From Trichoplax adhaerens (Eukaryota > Animalia > Placozoa), in NCBI RefSeq assembly GCF_000150275.1, contig NW_002061320.1, forward strand, positions 1-5,838: a stretch of 5,838 nt of DNA, written 5' to 3'. The notes under the pieces were generated by a model that saw only the letters and a list, made by a program, of their open reading frames with translations, had not been told where the DNA came from and did not search any database. The position numbers were made by a program, and so were the translations under genes. This document shows, piece by piece, positions 1 to 5,838 of the stretch. How positions within the stretch are numbered: position 1 is the stretch's first letter; the number at the start of each line of letters is the position of its first letter.

Positions 1-125
1 ACATCCTTTAAAAATAATAGGACAATAGCAATAAAAGAAATTAGATATAAAATTGGATATGCTCATGGATTTTTGTAATTGCAGTGTATTATATATTGCC
101 TTTCATTATATTTTGTGAATTTTAG

Positions 126-191
126 ACTTCTATGAGTATGCTTCAACTACGATGAATCGAATATTGTTGGCAATTGATGATATCTCTATAA
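126..191 (+). CDS. Possible internal exon of the same unidentified plus-strand gene
   Basis: Follows a T-rich tract ending ttttAG; open frame FYEYASTTMNRILLAIDDISI; possible donor GTAATC at 192. Its connection to the downstream exons is unresolved. Confidence 0.22.
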
Positions 192-530
192 GTAATCTAA
201 AAGGCACACTCGAAATTTAAATTAAGAATTACAATTCGTTTACGTGTTAGAATGTTATTAAATCATTAACATAACGCTTTTACAGTTTTATATCATGACG
301 ACAATATCTTGTAACAGCGTAAATAGCTCATTGTCTATATTATATGCTATTATCCGGAGAAGGCATAATTGATTAGAATCGCCAAAATTGAATAATGAGA
401 AGTTAAAAAATAAGCCTATGTTATATCTATTATGTAAAATCATTGTGATATCCTTTATGTTACAAAAGATAAGGAGATTTCTGCGTTGATGACTATAGAA
501 TCAAAGTTGAAATAAAAAAGTTGTTTTAAG

Positions 531-786
531 TTGTATAAATTGCTATGTGATATTGGTATCCTTCAATTCTTGCTAAATATTGCTAAAACAGGTACACTGA
601 GCACCGTGAGCAGTTCACGCTTGAGGCGTGCTGATGATCAAAGTAATTGATGTTTATATATTAGAGTTAAGCTTAGAAGTTATACGTCTAGTTAAAAAGC
701 AGTCTTTGCCGCTGCTGTCAGATAAATCAATTTTAACAACAGTCCTTGCAGGGTTTGGACGACACAATATCGTACTACATGCTTAA
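531..786 (+). CDS. Tentative last two exons (531-591, 665-786) of an unidentified gene convergent with ECH1
   Basis: Acceptor ttttaAG at 530, donor CAG|GTACAC at 592, acceptor tattAG at 664, with compatible phases. Gives LYKLLCDIGILQFLLNIAKTELSLEVIRLVKKQSLPLLSDKSILTTVLAGFGRHNIVLHA*, which looks amphipathic and helical. AATAAA follows at 1005. No family recognised and other parses are possible. Confidence 0.33.
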
Positions 787-984
787 AATCTCTCGACGAT
801 TACTGCACCAAAGTGACAAAACATGTAATTATCTGCATTTGATATACTTCAGTTTCCAAAGGTAGCAAAATTCAAGTTTAAAAATTTGTGCTCTTTAAAA
901 GTTCATCATATCATATTGTAAAACAATGCACCGATTAGCAAGACAATATTTAAAGTTCTTTTAAAGCTTTAGCTAGCGATGTGT

Positions 985-990
985 TTTATT
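985..990 (-). terminator. Candidate AATAAA polyadenylation signal for ECH1
   Basis: TTTATT on the plus strand, about 350 nt past the ECH1 stop; the first canonical hexamer I found downstream. Confidence 0.4.
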
Positions 991-1004
991 AATTCCGCAT
1001 TTAT

Positions 1005-1010
1005 AATAAA
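1005..1010 (+). terminator. Candidate AATAAA polyadenylation signal for the convergent plus-strand gene
   Basis: AATAAA about 220 nt after the tentative stop at 786. Confidence 0.3.
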
Positions 1011-1340
1011 ATTATGAGTTTCAATAACATACGTAACGTATATCAAATTTGCCCATTACTGCCTAACATAGAGCTAGATTGTGTATTGTCAGCTAGGTAA
1101 CATGACACCGAAATAGAATGCTTAAATTATGTTCTACAGTACCGTACCATATGCCGTATAATGAGAAACAGTTTCTGCAATCTATTATTAACTAACTCTA
1201 GTACTGTATCTTTCTTCGCATTAAATATGTAATGCAAATAGATTTTAAAATTCTAAAGTCTGACGTTGCATTCATTGATCGCAAATACCGCATCAAAAGC
1301 AGTAAAATATATTTAAAGAAAATTATTTAGATGAATGGTA

Positions 1341-1436
1341 TTAAAGGTCTTTATATTTTGGCGGAGTCTTTGTCATAGCTGCTTGGACTGACGTCATTAA
1401 ATCTTCAGATTGCAGCATGCTCATATTCCAGTTGGC
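1341..1436 (-). CDS. ECH1: ECH1 exon 10, terminal coding exon (96 nt including TAA)
   Basis: Acceptor cgttAG; encodes ANWNMSMLQSEDLMTSVQAAMTKTPPKYKDL, stop TAA at 1343-1341. Confidence 0.95.
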   Translation of the reverse strand, partial: ANWNMSMLQSEDLMTSVQAAMTKTPPKYKDL

Positions 1437-3876
1437 CTAACGTATAAAATTAAATATTCGTAAATGATAAGAATATAACGTATGAAAATGAAACAATAAT
1501 GCCACGCATTGCTGTTTTTATACTCGTACCACTATTTGTATACAATAGCAGTATTACTTTGTTGAAGCATGGAAATAATTGATGTTAGAATTAGACTTAC
1601 AATATAGTTTAAACCTTCATCCACCGAGTGGTCACGAGAATAATTCATATTAATTTTTGAACCCGTGATTGCAACAGGGCTTTTGCTGGCAATATTGGTA
1701 GCCAATTTTATTGACGCGTCAGTAAGAGTTTTGGCGTCGGCGTGAACGGAACTAAATTAGTAGAAGTATTCATTAAAATAACTATATCAGATAAACTAAA
1801 GACATTAAATTTTCCATATCATTATTATTATTCCAAATCATTTATGGTATGGTGGGGCAAATGATACATATTTAATATCAGTTACCTAACAAAGCCAATA
1901 TCTTTCGCTTCAGTAGCAGAAAAATTTCTTGCTGTATAGACTAACTCTCTAACTAAGCTGTGTTATAAAAAGAATTCTTAATATGACATTCACTTAAGAG
2001 TGAATATACAGTATTCAAGCAGCACAATAGCAAATACCATATCCTGTAATTTAATCATAGGATGCTTATACTAGACTTTGACGAACTATAATTACAGATA
2101 CGCACCTATCATTTCCCACGATTTTTGGAAACCGCTGCAATGTACCAACATCAGCAGCTAATCCCATGTCAACTTCCTTCAATTTGAACAAGATAAAGTA
2201 TGCATCTTTGTTACTGTATTAATTAAAGAGGCTTATCTTATATAATTTTATATATACCAGCTGGAATAAATCTCATCGTTTACCTTAATCGAGAAAAAAG
2301 CATCTTGAGAACAAAGTCTAATATCACAGGCACTTGTCATATCGATACCTTTAAATCACAAGTAATGCGATTAGTGTAAGTTACAACGCACATATAAGAT
2401 AGCGTAAGAATTATAGCTTCACTGTCAAAGTAATTCAATATACGATCAATAATAGTGATATGCAGCTGACATTGTAAAAATTTTTTTATTTCTGAGAAAT
2501 AAACAACACTACCGGCTCCAATGCATCCCCCATGTATACTTGCAATTACAGGTTTGGGACACTAATATGTATATAATCATCGAATTAGTTAAACGATGCA
2601 ATACGCTTCAAGGATTCTAATTATAGATGTAAAACTACTTAATAATTCGACGAGTCTTACTGTAAGATTGAGTTGGAACTAGTAATACTACTTAGATCTA
2701 TTACAATATACAGTATCAAAAATTGATGAGATGTTTTTAGGAACCTTTTCAATTGAGGTAAAGGCATCCTGAAATTTTTTCACACCAATACGCATTGCAA
2801 TGGCTCTCCTAGCAACCTCCTGATTGGGATCTTGTAGCATTGCCAAAACAGAGAGATCGATACCTATAGCGTTAAATAAAGTGCAAAAAATACTTTAGCT
2901 AGAGTACCATAACTTTTCGCGATGACTAGACTAGTATACGCATAGGATTGTTAGGCACGTTTCTCACCTGAACAGAACATCTTACCAGCTCCAGATAAAA
3001 TAATAACACGGCATGACGAATCAGTACCCAGACTATCAAAGCACTGTGGGATTTCTCTAGCAATGTCATACAGTGAGTGATATAGCATCACGATAGCCAA
3101 AAAAATTGGTTAGTTTTCATTCAACGTGACCAATATGATTCAGAGCTTTCAATTAAGTCTGTATAATATCAAGTTGCAGATTATTCTTGTGTATTGAATG
3201 TTCAACTACTTACTTCCACATATCGTCATCTATAGAATTACGCTTGTCTGGTCTATTAAGTTGCACATGATATACATTATCGCCTGTTTGTTCCACTTGC
3301 AAGGTGTTAAATTGATACGAAGACATCATTCTGCCGTGGCCTAAATAGGATTAATGAAAGTTAAGCCTCTCTCGAATAGAAGTCACCAGTTCTACAATGA
3401 GTAGTGACTACAGGTTAGTGTTTGTATCATGTAATCACTCCTAATCAGTGGTTGTACATTTTCAAGAACGTGTTGTAGTACGGAATCGTCTGAGATCTAT
3501 CTAGTTCGTACTATATGCGTTAGGCTAAGTACGCTTTTTACGTTAATGTAGATAGAAAGCGCGTGAANNNNNNNNNNNNNNNNNNNNNNNNNNNNNNNNN
3601 NNNNNNNNNNNNNNNNNNACATTTCTATTTTGAATTACTCACACGCTATTTTAAAAAATTTTGAATGTAGAATACTAGGTCAGTTTCAATGAAATGGATT
3701 TCAAGTTATTTAATTAATTGAAAATTAGACTGGACTACGTTGAATAAAATATTGAGAAGAATGTAATGTGTCAACAGTTGTGCAATTTCCTTAGTATAGT
3801 CTACCTAGCTAGCTAAGCCTTGATGCAAGTTAGTATCAAACGTACGGTGCACCATCGCACAACGAAATAAAGCCAT
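1341..3876 (-). CDS. ECH1: Delta(3,5)-delta(2,4)-dienoyl-CoA isomerase (enoyl-CoA hydratase/isomerase family), 10-exon gene model, about 289 aa
   Basis: Manual splicing: join(3876-3846,3340-3214,3056-2968,2863-2745,2561-2513,2348-2284,2176-2106,1957-1886,1751-1601,1436-1341). All introns are GT-AG with consistent phases, 870 nt in total. Protein: MALFRCAMVHRHGRMMSSYQFNTLQVEQTGDNVYHVQLNRPDKRNSIDDDMWKEIPQCFDSLGTDSSCRVIILSGAGKMFCSGIDLSVLAMLQDPNQEVARRAIAMRIGVKKFQDAFTSIEKCPKPVIASIHGGCIGAGIDMTSACDIRLCSQDAFFSIKEVDMGLAADVGTLQRFPKIVGNDSLVRELVYTARNFSATEAKDIGFVSSVHADAKTLTDASIKLATNIASKSPVAITGSKINMNYSRDHSVDEGLNYIANWNMSMLQSEDLMTSVQAAMTKTPPKYKDL*. ECH1-type motifs present: LNRPDKRN, SGAGKMFCSGIDL, CPKPVIA..HGGCIGAG.D, KEVD.GLAADVGTLQR (catalytic Glu/Asp), YSRDHSV..GL.Y...WN..MLQ. 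Confidence 0.96.
1601..1751 (-). CDS. ECH1: ECH1 exon 9 (151 nt)
   Basis: Acceptor aatttAG, donor GTAAGT; encodes SVHADAKTLTDASIKLATNIASKSPVAITGSKINMNYSRDHSVDEGLNYI. Confidence 0.95.
1886..1957 (-). CDS. ECH1: ECH1 exon 8 (72 nt)
   Basis: Acceptor acacAG, donor TAG|GTAACT; encodes LVRELVYTARNFSATEAKDIGFV(S). Confidence 0.95.
2106..2176 (-). CDS. ECH1: ECH1 exon 7 (71 nt)
   Basis: Acceptor ttgaAG, donor TAG|GTGCGT; encodes EVDMGLAADVGTLQRFPKIVGND(S), including the catalytic Glu and Asp. Confidence 0.95.
2284..2348 (-). CDS. ECH1: ECH1 exon 6 (65 nt)
   Basis: Acceptor tttaaAG, donor AAG|GTAAAC; encodes IDMTSACDIRLCSQDAFFSIK. Confidence 0.95.
2513..2561 (-). CDS. ECH1: ECH1 exon 5 (49 nt)
   Basis: Acceptor atattAG, donor CCG|GTAGTG; encodes CPKPVIASIHGGCIGA(G). 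Confidence 0.95.
2745..2863 (-). CDS. ECH1: ECH1 exon 4 (119 nt)
   Basis: Acceptor ctatAG, weak donor AAG|GTTCCT placed by homology (IEK|CPKP); encodes IDLSVLAMLQDPNQEVARRAIAMRIGVKKFQDAFTSIEK. Confidence 0.88.
2968..3056 (-). CDS. ECH1: ECH1 exon 3 (89 nt)
   Basis: Acceptor ttgctAG, donor CAG|GTGAGA; encodes EIPQCFDSLGTDSSCRVIILSGAGKMFCS(G). Confidence 0.94.
3214..3340 (-). CDS. ECH1: ECH1 exon 2 (127 nt)
   Basis: Acceptor cctatttAG, donor GTAAGT; encodes HGRMMSSYQFNTLQVEQTGDNVYHVQLNRPDKRNSIDDDMW(K). Confidence 0.92.
3568..3618. other. Assembly gap (51 N) inside the predicted ECH1 intron 1
   Basis: Run of N in the sequence. Confidence 0.99.
3846..3876 (-). CDS. ECH1: ECH1 probable exon 1 (MALFRCAMVH, start of a putative mitochondrial presequence)
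   Basis: ATG in a good context (ggctATGG). The 31-nt exon ends in phase 1 at a C|GTACGT donor, matching the phase-1 acceptor of exon 2. The spliced N-terminus contains Arg and no acidic residues. There is no homology support, and the N gap could hide the true exon. Confidence 0.55.
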
Positions 3877-4060
3877 AGCCTACAACGCCTAGCCGTACTT
3901 TGCAAAGGCGACTAGGCCTGCCTTTAGCTCGAAGAGCGAGATAGTTACTTAGATACAGTAGTTACAGTATCGCAATATTGGATATTTTACGGAGTACAAA
4001 TTACGCTGTTGCTAGGCTACTGCTGCGCCGCGCCTACACGGGACAAATTGCACCTCTGAA
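3877..4060 (-). promoter_or_regulatory. Probable 5'UTR/proximal promoter of ECH1
   Basis: Lies directly upstream of the candidate ATG and is locally richer in GC and CpG (e.g. gctgcgccgcgcc) than the introns. Positional inference only. Confidence 0.35.
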
Positions 4061-4065
4061 AGAAG

Positions 4066-4229
4066 TAGAGTAGAGTACAGTACGTACATATAGATCATAC
4101 AGTATAAAGGTATTGAACCGAACCTTTCTCAGGTCTAACAGTACAGCGGTACAGTTTCGTAATCCGTACCGTATCCAACGTACGCACAGTACATTGTACA
4201 GTACAATGAGTATACTGTACACTGTACAT
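4066..4229. repeat. Degenerate (CAGTA/GTAC)n low-complexity tract
   Basis: Many CAGTA, GAGTA, CCGTA and TACTG pentamers and GTAC tetramers. Confidence 0.7.
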
Positions 4230-4913
4230 GCGTGAGCTGTGACATTTTGGATATTCTGGGCTGCCGTAGTTGAATGATCAAATGTGGAGTGTCCATTTTA
4301 GACTCTGTTGAGCTCTCTGAATTCGCTGCACAGCCAGCGAATTTCTCTTAGAAATCCCTGCTAAGGCTTGCAAGCAAGGCTGCAAACAATAATATGATAT
4401 CTTGCAAGTACAGTAGTATGATGTTATGAGCTAGAAATATCCCTAATTTACAACAACGTTTGAGAGTGCGTTTTTTAATCTACACCATTGCCACTTGCAA
4501 TACCAATCCGTTGCTATTGCTACGTAGATATAATCAAAGATCGAGTATGCTAAAATATTTCATCTGAGCTTCAAAATTGTACTTTCAACCTTAACATTCT
4601 TCGAGGTGATAGATACAATCAAGTTAAACCAGTTGGTAACTACTATTTTAGTTTATCTAATCCTACATTAAGGATTGCTATCACATCAACCGTTAACCAC
4701 GAAAGCTACAGCTAAGGAGATCATCAATATTACTGGTATAGAGATGTCACGAAGATGACTTTTGTGACATGTAAGTCCTTGCTATGATAGTTGGCGATAC
4801 CTGGATAACTTAATATTTGAAAGACCAACGATTTGACGGATAGTTCGATATTCAAGCCGATAGTTGACACCTTCTTAAAGGCCAAAACAATCAGTTGCCT
4901 TATATACGCATTT

Positions 4914-4955
4914 CATGGACTACTAGATACAGTATGGCGTATCTAGTAGACCATG
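4914..4955. repeat. 17-bp inverted repeat (1 mismatch, 8-nt spacer)
   Basis: catggactactagatac-agtatggc-gtatctagtagaccatg. Confidence 0.9.
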
Positions 4956-5238
4956 CGCCTATACTGTAAATAATTATAAGAAATACACTACTACTATATT
5001 TTATGGGTATACAAACCTAATTTAAAGACAAGATGCGAACTGCAAACTTTGATAAAGTACATGATAGTCATCGTTCAGAAATAGAGGATGCAATCGCATT
5101 AGAATGAGCCAGATTCATTATTGTAACGGGGGTATTTACTGCTAGTAGACTTAATCTAGATAGATATGGGGCATGAGAGTATGAACAAGTACAGTCTATT
5201 CCTCTCTTTTGATTGAATATGTCCATTGCACAATTGCA

Positions 5239-5264
5239 TACAGTACAGTACAGTATCGTATCGT
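5239..5264. repeat. Short (CAGTA)3(TCGTA) pentanucleotide microsatellite
   Basis: tacagtacagtacagtatcgtatcgt. Confidence 0.75.
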
Positions 5265-5454
5265 TTACGAAGATGGAACTTACTCATAATAATTAGATTG
5301 ATAAAAAGTAGGAATTATGGCGATTTACCGACGGTCAATAGCTACCACTAAGCCTGTCAAGAATTTTCAAATTATATGGTACTGTAGCTTTATCGTCAAC
5401 AGTTAAGAATGTCATGTATTGTCAAATCTTGAAGGAAATCAACTGAGAGTATAC

Positions 5455-5476
5455 AAATAAATAAATAAAATAATAA
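5455..5476. repeat. (AAAT)n tract with overlapping AATAAA hexamers
   Basis: aaataaataaataaaataataa. Confidence 0.6.
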
Positions 5477-5838
5477 CGTTATGCAAAACTAACACACTCC
5501 CCGCTACTACAGCAAGTGTTCTACTGATTACTACCGTACTGGACAACGGTTTTTATTGGCACGTTTTAAATGATAACAGTTATACCTATCAGTGAACGCC
5601 AGTTTTTGCATTTTGTTATATGTTGTAGGAACGCCATTGCACAGTTGCTGTTGTTGAATTATGAATGATATTAGTAGAATCCCTTAATCCTCTGCTGCAT
5701 CTAACAAGTGATGATTAACAAGGCTGAAAACCGGCACTCTTAGCTCAGGGTCCTGTGGGGGGTGGAGGGGTCACACTTTGTGACCCGTCAATCTTTAGCA
5801 AGGCAGGCTCGTGTCATCTGTCGTCACGACAGTCGTAC

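Noticed and set aside
592-664. Intronic C/D-box snoRNA
   Set aside because: CTGA motifs come before or overlap TGATGA (632-637). There is no downstream D box with a terminal stem inside the putative intron.
591-770. Ubiquitin-conjugating enzyme-like C-terminus (YTEHREQFTLEA..VWTTQY)
   Set aside because: It needs a weak donor, the spacing is off by one residue, and I found no upstream E2 core (HPN/active-site Cys) exons.
1323-1343. Stop-codon readthrough creating a cryptic PTS1 in ECH1
   Set aside because: The stop is TAA-T, not the leaky TGA-CTA context, and the extension YHSSK* is not a PTS1.
4034-4222. Supplied 62-aa minus-strand ORF (MYSILIVLYNV...)
   Set aside because: It runs through the GTAC/CAGTA low-complexity tract. 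Its Y/V/L/R/T-biased composition reflects the repeat, and there is no recognisable domain.
4824-4930. Kinesin motor-like segment (KPIVDTFL...CLIYAF)
   Set aside because: The resemblance is superficial; the GQTGSGKT P-loop that should follow is absent.
5733-5825. Canonical tRNA gene
   Set aside because: No paired acceptor stem, no GTTCRA T-loop and no proper anticodon arm.
1-5838. Prokaryotic systems (operons, CRISPR array, IS elements), an alternative genetic code, or a selenoprotein
   Set aside because: The DNA is spliceosomal-intron eukaryotic, with no repeat-spacer array or transposase. ECH1 reads cleanly in the standard code with TAA as stop, and I found no convincing in-frame TGA plus SECIS pair.

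Overview
AT-rich, intron-dense eukaryotic DNA, not prokaryotic. The short introns and base composition would fit a compact basal-metazoan genome such as Trichoplax, but that is an inference only. The main feature is a spliced minus-strand gene that the ORF track misses: ECH1, delta(3,5)-delta(2,4)-dienoyl-CoA isomerase of the crotonase family. I rebuilt it by hand as nine confident GT-AG exons (3340 to 1341) plus a probable first exon (3876-3846), about 289 aa in total. It ends in -KDL instead of the usual peroxisomal -SKL. To its left are weak candidates for the 3' exons of an unidentified convergent plus-strand gene, with opposed poly(A) signals at 985-1010. A 51-N assembly gap lies in intron 1. 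The right third has no identifiable gene, but it holds pentamer low-complexity tracts, several hairpins and a GC-rich structured element cut off by the window end. The one ORF supplied (4034-4222) looks spurious. I found no convincing new multi-gene system. The best leads are a possible 3-nt microexon, the apparent PTS1 loss, an odd splice donor and the structured elements.
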